A stretch of 64,000 nt of DNA. Origin: a virus. Taxonomy: Duplodnaviria; Caudoviricetes. Every line of letters begins with the position of its first letter. Within the stretch, counting starts at the first letter, position 1. Where the stretch lies: the IMG/VR virus record IMGVR_UViG_3300034374_009547; one strand, 5' to 3'. The notes under the pieces were generated by a model. It was not told where the DNA came from and ran no database searches. It was given only the letters and a program-made list of their open reading frames with translations. Position numbers and translations under genes: made by a program. Of this stretch, positions 38,701 to 46,628 are shown piece after piece.

Positions 38701-38978
38701 GTCAACTTAACACACTAGCTAAACCATACTTGTTTGAACCAAATGATAAGATTACCCGTGATGAAATTAAACAACAGGTAGAAAGTTTAATGGTTGAACT
38801 AGTTGGTCTAAGAGCACTATATGACTTCCTAGTTGTATGTGACGAAACAAACAACACTCCTGCTAGAATTGATAGAAATGAGCTTTATGTAGATATTGCT
38901 ATTGAACCAGTCAAAGCAGTTGAATTTATTTACATTCCGCTACGTATCAAGAACACAGGAGAGATCGCAGGTCTATAA
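35706..38978 (+). CDS. gp18: Contractile tail sheath protein (T4 gp18-like), 1090 aa with large insertions
   Basis: SPGVEVSVIDES, YPWFAPAGTRRG, LYQNNVNPI, FGQKT, ALDRVNVARL, FLVVCDETNN, PVKAVEFIYI. Confidence 0.95.
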   Translation: MALTSPGVEVSVIDESFYTPAEPGTTPIIFVATAENKLNGAGTGIAPGTTAANAGKVYLMTSQRDLVETFGDPLFYTDTNNNPIHGGEQNEYGLQAAYSYLGVSNRAWVVRADIDLSALNASSTATAADPENGTYWLDTQTTSWGVFEWNGSALSTSNTSGQTFTNKAPIVITDSTKVASSSPYTPNGSVGQPGEYAIVAISTIPRLWYKNSSGTWVQVGSANWKASWPSVSSSGSTAPGAGEDFTLNGATITTSGTTFTTLASDIEGAGVTGVTAAVVDGVLEIYNDGTGTDSIILVDGTGTPLADAGISAGTYYAPKLQASKHTSVPEYKTSDSNPRPTGSIWVKTTEPNSGARWRTKVWNGDTATWDAVDAPIFDNGASAIYELDKAGGGANLLPANLYVKTNVTEAATNLANFTIYKRAAAGRTKIVGTAVSSVAVATYSVTIQETIKNSAAYASARTVSITTTGASTDAEVVATQINAAGFANIVASVDSTNRVVIEHTLGGEIRITDTDGLLPLIGFTKYNYSTKAGTANLYAWPGASSNQYEASLWTELTYTASNDAPTALAAQGALWYSSVVDEVDMLVHDGTKWVGLLHSDSPYYAGGVAADQPDPKGPIVSATEPDEQSDGTALKTGDIWISTADLDNYPTIYRYNGNLASWILLDATDQTTENGVLFADARWSINGGSSSAHEAGTIADLLTSSFVDPDAPDPALYPKGMLLWNLRRSGFNVKRFERNYIDLTADNTRFGDEDMSTYYPHRWVTESANESDGKGSFGRKAQRKVVVQKLQSLLNENQDIRDDESRTFNLIATPGYPELIGEMITLNYDRGLTAFVVGDSPMRLTSDATSLNEWATNVNTAVEDNDNGLVSRDEYLGVYYPSGFTSDNAGNNVVVPASHMVLRTIALNDQVAYPWFAPAGTRRGGVTNATSTGYINSEGEFVAAALNEGTRDTLYQNNVNPITFLSGAGLVVFGQKTRARNASALDRVNVARLVIYLRSQLNTLAKPYLFEPNDKITRDEIKQQVESLMVELVGLRALYDFLVVCDETNNTPARIDRNELYVDIAIEPVKAVEFIYIPLRIKNTGEIAGL

Positions 38979-39010
38979 AAATTGGGGTCAAGGAAACTTG
39001 GCCCTAATTT
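38979..39010 (+). terminator. 14-bp hairpin with GAAA tetraloop (terminator or mRNA-stabilising stem)
   Basis: AAATTGGGGTCAAG-GAAA-CTTGGCCCTAATTT, directly followed by a late promoter. Confidence 0.7.
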
Positions 39011-39018
39011 GATAAATA
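39011..39018 (+). promoter_or_regulatory. T4-like late promoter (GATAAATA)
   Basis: Upstream of the tail tube gene. Confidence 0.75.
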
Positions 39019-39042
39019 CTTGTGTATTAAGGAGAACAATAG

Positions 39043-39681
39043 ATGGCAATCTCAACACTATTAAATTTAACGGTACCATTAGCTAATGATACAACATCAA
39101 GCTCACAAGGCTTGTTGATGCCTAAGCTACAATATCGTTTCCGTGTTACATTAGAAAACTTTGGTATTTCAGGTGACACTCAAGAACTTACAAAACAAGT
39201 TATTGATGCTACTCGTCCTACTTTGAGTTTTGATCCAATTGTACTTGAAGTGTACAACTCAAAAATTCATATGGCGGGTAAACACACATGGAACACCGTG
39301 TCATTAAACTTACGTGATGATGTAAGTGGTAATGTGCAAAAACTAGTTGGTGAACAACTACAGAAACAATTTGACTTTTTTGAACAAGCAAGCGCAGCTA
39401 CTGGCCAAGATTACAAATTCTTACAAAGAATTGAAGTCCTTGATGGTGGTAACGGTACAAACACTCCAGCAGTGCTTGAAACTTGGGAACTATATGGATG
39501 TTTCCTAACACAAGTTGATTACGGCAGCATGTCATATGGTGAATCAAACCCAATGACGGTTGCACTAACAATTCAATACGATAATGCAGTGCAACTTGAT
39601 CAAGGTGTTGGTACACCAAATGGGTTCCAAGATAGAACCATTGATAGCGGCACTGGTGCAACAGGCGCAGCAGCTCTTTAA
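39043..39681 (+). CDS. gp19: Tail tube protein (T4 gp19-like)
   Basis: PKLQYRFRV, AGKHTWNTVSLNLRDD, WELYGCF, ALTIQYDNA; follows the sheath gene. Confidence 0.9.
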   Translation: MAISTLLNLTVPLANDTTSSSQGLLMPKLQYRFRVTLENFGISGDTQELTKQVIDATRPTLSFDPIVLEVYNSKIHMAGKHTWNTVSLNLRDDVSGNVQKLVGEQLQKQFDFFEQASAATGQDYKFLQRIEVLDGGNGTNTPAVLETWELYGCFLTQVDYGSMSYGESNPMTVALTIQYDNAVQLDQGVGTPNGFQDRTIDSGTGATGAAAL

Positions 39682-39701
39682 TAATTAAATGAGATTGTCT
39701 T

Positions 39702-39734
39702 AAATAAGGAGTCTTTACGGCTCCTTATTTTTTT
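39702..39734 (+). terminator. Rho-independent terminator
   Basis: AAATAAGGAGTC-TTTAC-GGCTCCTTATTT plus T-tract. Confidence 0.85.
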
Positions 39735-39747
39735 GGATAAATACTAT

Positions 39748-41055
39748 ATGGCAAGTAAACTTTATGATAATTTTAGTGGTAGAGGAAATCCTAAAGGTAT
39801 TTTAGGAGACTTTCAACATGCTGCCGAGCTTTATAGAAAAAATAACTTTAGACTAAGTCCTAAAGTTAAATTTTTATATCACGTTGTATTGAATATAAAT
39901 CCAATTGCACTTGCATCGTTAGGATCGAGTATACAAAGTGCTTTAAGTACAAGAGAGATAAATCTACTTGCACAAACCGTTGACTTGCCAACATATACAA
40001 CTCAAATGGAAACAAAGAATCAATACAACAGAAAAAAACTTGTGCAAACAAAACTTAATTATGATCCTGTGTCTTTAATTTTCCATGATGATAATGCAGG
40101 ATTAACTACACTACTCTGGGAAGCATATTACAGATATTATTTTCAAGATGGCAACTATTCTACTAGAACATCAACAGGTAGACCAAATTCCTATCGTGTT
40201 GGACTATATGATCCTGAACCATTAAACTTGTATAGGCACGGTCTTGATAGATATAATTTTACAGAAGCACCGTTTTTTGATAGCATAGTTATACATCAAC
40301 TACATCCGCAAAATGAAATATCAAAATTTACAAGTTATACACTTGTTAATCCATTAATTGAAAGTCATAGACATGATACTTTAGATCAAACATCCGGAAG
40401 TGGATTAATGAAAAACACAATGTCTATTCAATATGAAACCGTGCTGTATAATAGAGGTACTACTACACAAGATAATCCTGCAGGATTTGGAGATGATGCA
40501 CATTATGATACAACACCAAGTCCATATGCTTATAGCTCGGCTAACGAAAGCGATGTAACACCTTTTGAAAATAACAGCATAAGTTTAGAGGGTTGGGCAG
40601 GAATATTTTTTGATGCTGTGTTAAAAACAATTACACAATCTGATTTACAAAATCAACGTAGTGTAATTGACAAGCAAGCAATTACACCTCCTATAACAAC
40701 TAATCAACCATTGAGTTTGTTTAATAATGTTATTGTTCCTAGACCAGATACAATAACAGGCACAACTCAAACATCTGCAACAAATACAAACTGGGCATCA
40801 GTACTTAATGGCATAGCAAAAGACAAAAACACTTTAACTAATCAGCAAAAATTAAATGATTTTAGTAGAGTAGCATTTGGACTAGCAGACAACGATAGCG
40901 GTAGAAGTATATTTGAAAGTAAACTTGCATATGATAATCTTTCAGACGCTGCTACTTTACAAGTTCAAACAGCAGTTACTTTAAATGCAAACGAAATTGC
41001 AAACGGTAATGTACAAGGACTTAGAAACGATTTACAAAAACTAGGAATATTATAA
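39748..41055 (+). CDS. Tail-tube-fold baseplate protein (gp48/gp54-like tube initiator), probably leaderless
   Basis: QTVDLPTY...YNRKKLVQTKLNYDPVSLIFHDD resembles the gp19 fold; ATG 4 nt after GATAAATA (39736-43), no SD. Confidence 0.6.
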   Translation: MASKLYDNFSGRGNPKGILGDFQHAAELYRKNNFRLSPKVKFLYHVVLNINPIALASLGSSIQSALSTREINLLAQTVDLPTYTTQMETKNQYNRKKLVQTKLNYDPVSLIFHDDNAGLTTLLWEAYYRYYFQDGNYSTRTSTGRPNSYRVGLYDPEPLNLYRHGLDRYNFTEAPFFDSIVIHQLHPQNEISKFTSYTLVNPLIESHRHDTLDQTSGSGLMKNTMSIQYETVLYNRGTTTQDNPAGFGDDAHYDTTPSPYAYSSANESDVTPFENNSISLEGWAGIFFDAVLKTITQSDLQNQRSVIDKQAITPPITTNQPLSLFNNVIVPRPDTITGTTQTSATNTNWASVLNGIAKDKNTLTNQQKLNDFSRVAFGLADNDSGRSIFESKLAYDNLSDAATLQVQTAVTLNANEIANGNVQGLRNDLQKLGIL

Positions 41056-41056
41056 T

Positions 41057-41431
41057 ATGAGTTCAGTAACAGATGCAAGTATTAATCCATCAACAGATAG
41101 TGCAAGTGAAATAAAACAATTCTTTGATCAGTATTTTTCTAATCCAATACAATATTCTAGTAACGAAGTTGATAGTGTTGTAGGATTTTTTACAAAACGT
41201 GGTTTTGATCAACAAGCCAGTATCAGTGTAGCAACTACATTATTACAACAAGCAAAAGTAGAAAAGAAACCAATCTTTCAATTATTAGATACACTGAAAG
41301 GTTTAGATAGTATACAATTAAGTAAATTAATTGCAGCAATACTTAATAGTAATCGTAGTTATACAAGTGCTTTAGGATATGTTAATAATGAAAATGGTGA
41401 AACAACCGAAAGTAGGAACATTATTGTTTAA
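41057..41431 (+). CDS. Hypothetical protein (124 aa)
   Basis: Coupled ORF in the tail/baseplate operon. Confidence 0.75.
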   Translation: MSSVTDASINPSTDSASEIKQFFDQYFSNPIQYSSNEVDSVVGFFTKRGFDQQASISVATTLLQQAKVEKKPIFQLLDTLKGLDSIQLSKLIAAILNSNRSYTSALGYVNNENGETTESRNIIV

Positions 41432-41868
41432 TGGCACGCTTTGCACAAGGAAAGTATACTTTAAAAAATCCTTCTAAGTACATTGGTGGTAGAACACCGA
41501 CTTATAGAAGTAGTTGGGAATTTGCTTTCATGCGTATGTGTGATACTAATGAAAGTATTACAAAATGGGCCAGTGAAGCAATAAAGATTCCATACAGAAA
41601 TCCTTTAAGTGGAAAATTTACAATCTACGTTCCAGATTTTTTTGTTGTTTACACTGATAGAAATGGCAAGCAACATGTAGAACTTATAGAAGTAAAACCT
41701 AGTAATCACACTCTTAAAGAAAAAACTGGCCGCAGTAGAACTAACCAATTACATTTTGCAGTTAATCAAGCCAAATGGACTGCTGCTAGAGCATATTGTA
41801 AACAAAAAGGTATGACGTTTAGAATAGTTACTGAAAATGAAATGTTTCACCAAGGTAAAAGAAGATGA
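41431..41868 (+). CDS. gp4: Head completion nuclease (T4 gp4-like, TnsA-type PD-(D/E)xK)
   Basis: YRSSWEFAFM, WASEAIKIPY, YVPDF, IEVKP, NQAKWTAARAYC. Confidence 0.9.
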   Translation: MARFAQGKYTLKNPSKYIGGRTPTYRSSWEFAFMRMCDTNESITKWASEAIKIPYRNPLSGKFTIYVPDFFVVYTDRNGKQHVELIEVKPSNHTLKEKTGRSRTNQLHFAVNQAKWTAARAYCKQKGMTFRIVTENEMFHQGKRR

Positions 41869-42431
41869 AAATAGCATTTGTTCATATTCCTAAAACAGGA
41901 GGTGCAAGTGTTTATCGTTGGTGGTATAAAAATTTAAGAAATTCTAACTTTCAATTTGTAAGAAACGGACATGAATTCATAGGAAACATAAAAGAAGATT
42001 ACGATAAAAGTTTTACAATAACAAGAAATACATGGAATAGATTAATAAGTCTTTATGTATTTCAAGAACAAAAATGTTATCAAAAAATAAGAAAAAATCA
42101 CAAAGTAGATTTTTATAAAGATATTTTAAATGCATGGAATAAAGGAATAGAATACTATATTGAATATAGTCTTGACAATAATTTTAATGGAACACATTGT
42201 CAAATAGAATATACAAAAGGTGTAGAACATATATTTTCAACTGAAAACTTGAAACAAGATTTTGCTACTATACAACAATGGGCCGATTGTTATATTCCTT
42301 TAGAAAAAAATGTGCATGTTGGAAAATATAATAAAAAAGAATTTATGACAAAAAAATTTATAGACTTTGTGGGTAATAAATTTCAAAAAGAAATAGAATA
42401 CTTTTCCTATGCTCCTATACTAGATAAATAA
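41865..42431 (+). CDS. Sulfotransferase family 2-like protein
   Basis: FVHIPKTGGASV (5'-PSB loop), RNTWNRLISLY (3'-PB); very AT-rich. Confidence 0.8.
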   Translation: MKIAFVHIPKTGGASVYRWWYKNLRNSNFQFVRNGHEFIGNIKEDYDKSFTITRNTWNRLISLYVFQEQKCYQKIRKNHKVDFYKDILNAWNKGIEYYIEYSLDNNFNGTHCQIEYTKGVEHIFSTENLKQDFATIQQWADCYIPLEKNVHVGKYNKKEFMTKKFIDFVGNKFQKEIEYFSYAPILDK

Positions 42432-42456
42432 TAGTAGCATATAATGGATAACTACT

Positions 42457-42948
42457 ATGACAAAAAAATTAGAAGAATTGTTAAATTTACCTGATAACCA
42501 AGACATTGTTGATGAACAACAAGAAAAAGCAGAAGCAGCAGTTATTTCACATGAAGATACATTCCGTGATATTGCAGAGTTTGACAAAATAGCAAGTGCA
42601 TTGCCTGCTGTAAAAGGTTTAGGTGATTTGGCAGACAAAGAACTAAATGAAGTTGCTGACAAAGCAATGACTGCATATGACGACCTAATGGACTTGGGTA
42701 TGAATGTTGAAAGTCGTTATAGTGGCAGAGTTTTTGAAGTTGCAGGTACTATGTTAAAAACCAGTCTTGATGCAAAAGTTGCAAAACTAGATAAAAAACT
42801 TAAAATGGTAGAACTACAACTTAAAAAAGAAAAAATGGATAGAGACAGCGGATCCGGTGATGGCGGTATTACTGAAGGCGAAGGGTTTGTAGTTACAGAT
42901 AGAAATAGTCTTTTACAAAAGCTAAAAGGACTTGATAATGATAAATAG
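42457..42948 (+). CDS. Putative terminase small subunit (gp16-like)
   Basis: Helical; RVFEVAGTMLK resembles RAYEVAGQLIK of T4-like gp16 homologues; C-terminal VVTDRNSLL; late promoter at 42423-30. Confidence 0.55.
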   Translation: MTKKLEELLNLPDNQDIVDEQQEKAEAAVISHEDTFRDIAEFDKIASALPAVKGLGDLADKELNEVADKAMTAYDDLMDLGMNVESRYSGRVFEVAGTMLKTSLDAKVAKLDKKLKMVELQLKKEKMDRDSGSGDGGITEGEGFVVTDRNSLLQKLKGLDNDK

Positions 42949-42970
42949 TAGTATAGTTTAGGATACGACA

Positions 42971-43525
42971 ATGAAAAAATTTGCAGATTATTTAATTGAA
43001 TCTAAAAAAACATATGAATTTAAAATCGGAGTTGCTGGCGAGCTGCCTGAAGATTTTGAAAACCGCATGGAAACTGCACTACAAAAGTTTGCTTGTACAA
43101 AGATGAGTGCAGGTAAAAAAACACCTATTCAAGAACGTCCGTTGGACTTTCCTCAATTACAAAATACAGACGTTACCTACTATGAAGTAGAATGTTCATA
43201 TCCTACAACAATACAAGTTTTACAAGAATACATTGGTAGTTGCTGTGCTATTCCTCAAAGCCACATTATTGTACGTAATCCAAACGAACCACAAGAACTA
43301 TATCAGCAAGAAGATACAAAAGACGAATATGTAGCAAAACTTACACAAGAAGACATGGGCGGAGAAAGCGCACAAGAAGATGCAGGCAGCGCTCGTGTTA
43401 TGAATTTGTTGAAAGAATTAGAAACAGCCCGTAAAGAAAGATCAAACGATTATGTTGGTGAGGCTCCTGCAGGAGAGAGCAAAGATATCGGCGATGCTGA
43501 AAACAGCAAGGCAGTGTTATCATGA
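42971..43525 (+). CDS. Hypothetical protein (acidic; possible prohead/core component)
   Basis: MKKFADYLIE start resembles protease-processed internal head proteins; late promoter at 42940-47; SD AGGA. Confidence 0.65.
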   Translation: MKKFADYLIESKKTYEFKIGVAGELPEDFENRMETALQKFACTKMSAGKKTPIQERPLDFPQLQNTDVTYYEVECSYPTTIQVLQEYIGSCCAIPQSHIIVRNPNEPQELYQQEDTKDEYVAKLTQEDMGGESAQEDAGSARVMNLLKELETARKERSNDYVGEAPAGESKDIGDAENSKAVLS

Positions 43526-44976
43526 AACGTAAAGAAATCCTAACAGAAAATCCTCTAGCAATTGCACTTATGGGCGCACTAGTTGGTATGGGACTAGAAA
43601 AAGAAAAAGCAAAAAAAGCAGCAGCACAAGCTGTAAATCAAGCACAATCAGGTAAAGCAGCACCAGCAGCAGCAACAGCACCACAGGGTGCAGATTATAA
43701 TCAAATTATGAAACGTGGCAGTAGAGGCGAAGGTGTTAAGCAACTACAAATAAACTTAGGTATGACAGGTCCAGAAGTTGATGGTATTTTTGGTCCTGCT
43801 ACAGAAAAAGCAGTTAAAACATTTCAACAAAATTCAGGTGCAAAGGTTGATGGTATTGTTGGTCCAGAAACTAGAGGCATGATTGAAAAATATGCAGGTA
43901 ATAATGATGAACCAGCAGCAAGTTCTCCTCCACAAAGTACAACCCCAAGTTCAACAAAGCCGTGGAGAGCTGTAAATCCTCAACCACCAGGTTATGGACG
44001 TCAAGTAAATAAAATTCTAATTACAGATGGTAGTAGATATTATTATGTAGGTGCCGAACCAGAAAATGGAAAATATACAGGCGGTGGACCAGTAAAGATA
44101 GGTGCCGACGGCAAACCAACTGGTATTGAAAATTTAAAAGGATTTCAAACTGATGCTGATAACGTAGACATGAGCGGGGTAAAGGAGTCAATTATGACAG
44201 ACAAAAAACAATTAGACGAAGCAAGCATTAACATTAATGGTGCTGATGCAAGTGAAGTAGCAGAAATACTACGTATGATGCAACTAGCAGGAGCACCGGG
44301 TGCAAAAGTAGTTGAACCAGACGATATTAATCCAGGTCCAAAACCTTGCCCAATATGCGGAAAGATTCACGGTCCAAGTCAACCAATGGGCGGCTGTGGT
44401 GCAAAACCAAAAGAGCCAGGCATGGGCGATATGATCAAATTAATGGCCCCAGAAGAAGCAGTTGCAGAAGGCGAAGATAAAATAAACAATCCAGCATATT
44501 TAGATATAATAAAAAATTTACTAATGCGAGCAAAAAGCACTGAAGAATTTAAAGATTATCTAAACAATGAAATGGACGAAGATCCTAAATTTGGACAATG
44601 GATGAATTATTATGCAAAACACACTCCACTAGGTAAAAGAGCAATAAACGTTTATTTCGGTCGTGACGTAATAGGCGAAGAAGAAGATTATGACGGTGAT
44701 TTTCAAGATGCTAGTACAGAGCCAGATGAAACATATATGAATGATGTTAGTGCTAGTATTCCAGCAGGAAATGACATGCACAAAGAAAAAGGATCATACC
44801 CAGCAACAGCAGGTGGTGACAATCCTATGAATACCAAAGAAAGCATCAAGGCAAGATTGTTACAAGCTCTTTCAGAAAAGAAAGCAAAACCAGATTATAT
44901 TGATATTGACGGTGACGGTGACAAAAAAGAGCCAATGAAAAAAGCCATCAAAGATAAAGAGAAAAAGAAGGACTAA
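43522..44976 (+). CDS. Putative internal head/core protein with peptidoglycan-binding domain and C-terminal DxDxDG motif
   Basis: MKRGSRGEGVKQLQ...VDGIFGPATEKAVKTFQQ...VDGIVGPET (PG_binding_1); PDYIDIDGDGDKKEPMKKA. Confidence 0.75.
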   Translation: MKRKEILTENPLAIALMGALVGMGLEKEKAKKAAAQAVNQAQSGKAAPAAATAPQGADYNQIMKRGSRGEGVKQLQINLGMTGPEVDGIFGPATEKAVKTFQQNSGAKVDGIVGPETRGMIEKYAGNNDEPAASSPPQSTTPSSTKPWRAVNPQPPGYGRQVNKILITDGSRYYYVGAEPENGKYTGGGPVKIGADGKPTGIENLKGFQTDADNVDMSGVKESIMTDKKQLDEASININGADASEVAEILRMMQLAGAPGAKVVEPDDINPGPKPCPICGKIHGPSQPMGGCGAKPKEPGMGDMIKLMAPEEAVAEGEDKINNPAYLDIIKNLLMRAKSTEEFKDYLNNEMDEDPKFGQWMNYYAKHTPLGKRAINVYFGRDVIGEEEDYDGDFQDASTEPDETYMNDVSASIPAGNDMHKEKGSYPATAGGDNPMNTKESIKARLLQALSEKKAKPDYIDIDGDGDKKEPMKKAIKDKEKKKD

Positions 44977-44994
44977 TTCATCCCCCCAGAACTC

Positions 44995-45021
44995 AATAGC
45001 GCCTTAGGGCGCTATTTTTTT
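44995..45021 (+). terminator. Rho-independent terminator
   Basis: AATAGCGCC-TTAG-GGCGCTATT plus T-tract. Confidence 0.9.
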
Positions 45022-45034
45022 GGTTAAATACAAC

Positions 45035-46615
45035 ATGAGTAAAAGTTTAGACGGTGTATTAACAAAAAAAGCAAATCAGAAAGAAACATATACAGAAACA
45101 CAAATTCAAGATCTATTGAATTGTATGGATCCTGATGAAGGTTACTTGTATTTTGCAAAACGATTTGCACACATTCAGCATCCAGTAAAAGGAAAACTTT
45201 TGTTTGATCCTTACGAATATCAGTTGAGGTTGATGCATTCGTATCATAATTTTAGATTTAATATTAATATGATGCCTAGACAAACAGGTAAAACTACATG
45301 TGCTAGTATATATTTGTGTTGGTATGCAATGTTCAATCCAGATCAAACTATTCTTATTGCAGCACACAAATACACAGGTGCGCAGGAGATTATGCAGCGT
45401 ATACGCTATGTATATGAACTATGTCCTGATTACATAAGAGCAGGTGTAACTAGTTATAATAAAGGTAGTATTGAGTTTGAAAATGGGTCACGTATTATCA
45501 GTCAAACAACAACAGGCACTACTGGACGTGGTTTGTCTATCTCGCTACTATATTGTGACGAGTTTGCGTTTGTGCAACCAAACATTGCTGAAGAATTTTG
45601 GACTTCAATTTCGCCTACACTAGCAACAGGTGGTAGAGCTATTATTACAAGCACACCAAACTCAGACGAAGATACATTTGCAGTTATATGGAAACAAGCT
45701 GAACAAAAGTTTGATGAGCATGGAAATGAACAAGAAATTGGTATAAATGGTTTTCACGCTTATAGAGCTCATTGGAGTGAACACCCCGACCGTGACGACG
45801 AATGGAAAGTTAATGAAATAGGTCGTATTGGTGAAGAAATGTTTCGTAGAGAATATGGCTGTGAATTTTTAATCTTTGATGAAACACTGATCAATAGTAT
45901 AAAACTTGCTGCAATGGAAGGCATTGAACCTACATTGCATATGGGTCAAGTGCGATGGTACAAAAAACCTGATGCAAAAAAATCTTATGTTATAGGATTA
46001 GATCCTGCTATGGGAACAGGTGGAGATTTTGCTGCTATACAAGTGATAGAACTGCCTACATATGAACAAGTTGCTGAGTGGCAACATAACACTACAGCTA
46101 TTCCAGGACAAATTAGGGTTTTGCGAGATATTTGTAGTTATATTGCAGAAGAAACAAAAACTACTTCTAATATTTATTGGAGCGTTGAAAACAATGGTAT
46201 AGGAGAAGCAGCACTACTTGTAATACAAGATTTTGGCGAAGAAAACATTCCTGGATTATTCATTAGTGAACCAATACGAAAAGGTCATGTAAGAAAATTT
46301 AGAAAAGGTTTTAATACTACACATGGAAGTAAAACTACAAGTTGTGCTAGATTAAAAACAATGATTGAAAATGATAAACTAATATTAAAAAGTAAGCCTT
46401 GTATTAGTGAACTTAAAGCATACATAGCAGCAGGTAGTAGTTTTCAAGCAAAACCAGGACATCATGATGATTTAATTAGCAGTTTAATTTTAACATTAAG
46501 AATAATGAGCGTTATGAAAGATTGGGATCCTACGGTTTATAATACGTTTAGCCAAATTGAAGCAGATGAAGAATATGAAATGCCCATGCCTATCTTCGTA
46601 AGTAGCAGTTATTGA
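45035..46615 (+). CDS. gp17: Terminase large subunit (T4 gp17-like)
   Basis: PRQTGKTT (Walker A), LLYCDEFAF (Walker B), ITSTPN, GLDPAMGTGGDFA, HHDDLIS; ATG 45035 sits 4 nt after GTTAAATA. Confidence 0.95.
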   Translation: MSKSLDGVLTKKANQKETYTETQIQDLLNCMDPDEGYLYFAKRFAHIQHPVKGKLLFDPYEYQLRLMHSYHNFRFNINMMPRQTGKTTCASIYLCWYAMFNPDQTILIAAHKYTGAQEIMQRIRYVYELCPDYIRAGVTSYNKGSIEFENGSRIISQTTTGTTGRGLSISLLYCDEFAFVQPNIAEEFWTSISPTLATGGRAIITSTPNSDEDTFAVIWKQAEQKFDEHGNEQEIGINGFHAYRAHWSEHPDRDDEWKVNEIGRIGEEMFRREYGCEFLIFDETLINSIKLAAMEGIEPTLHMGQVRWYKKPDAKKSYVIGLDPAMGTGGDFAAIQVIELPTYEQVAEWQHNTTAIPGQIRVLRDICSYIAEETKTTSNIYWSVENNGIGEAALLVIQDFGEENIPGLFISEPIRKGHVRKFRKGFNTTHGSKTTSCARLKTMIENDKLILKSKPCISELKAYIAAGSSFQAKPGHHDDLISSLILTLRIMSVMKDWDPTVYNTFSQIEADEEYEMPMPIFVSSSY

Positions 46616-46628
46616 TAAATAGTATACA

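Noticed and set aside
39733-39747. Upstream TTG/GTG/ATG starts given by the ORF track (3060, 31669, 34519, 35591, 39733, 45020, 61851)
   Set aside because: They fall in terminators, promoter motifs or neighbouring genes; downstream starts fit SD or promoter geometry better.
41431-41868. TnsA-like nuclease as sign of a Tn7-like transposon
   Set aside because: Motifs and position match the T4 gp4 head-completion protein; no other tns genes or transposon ends.
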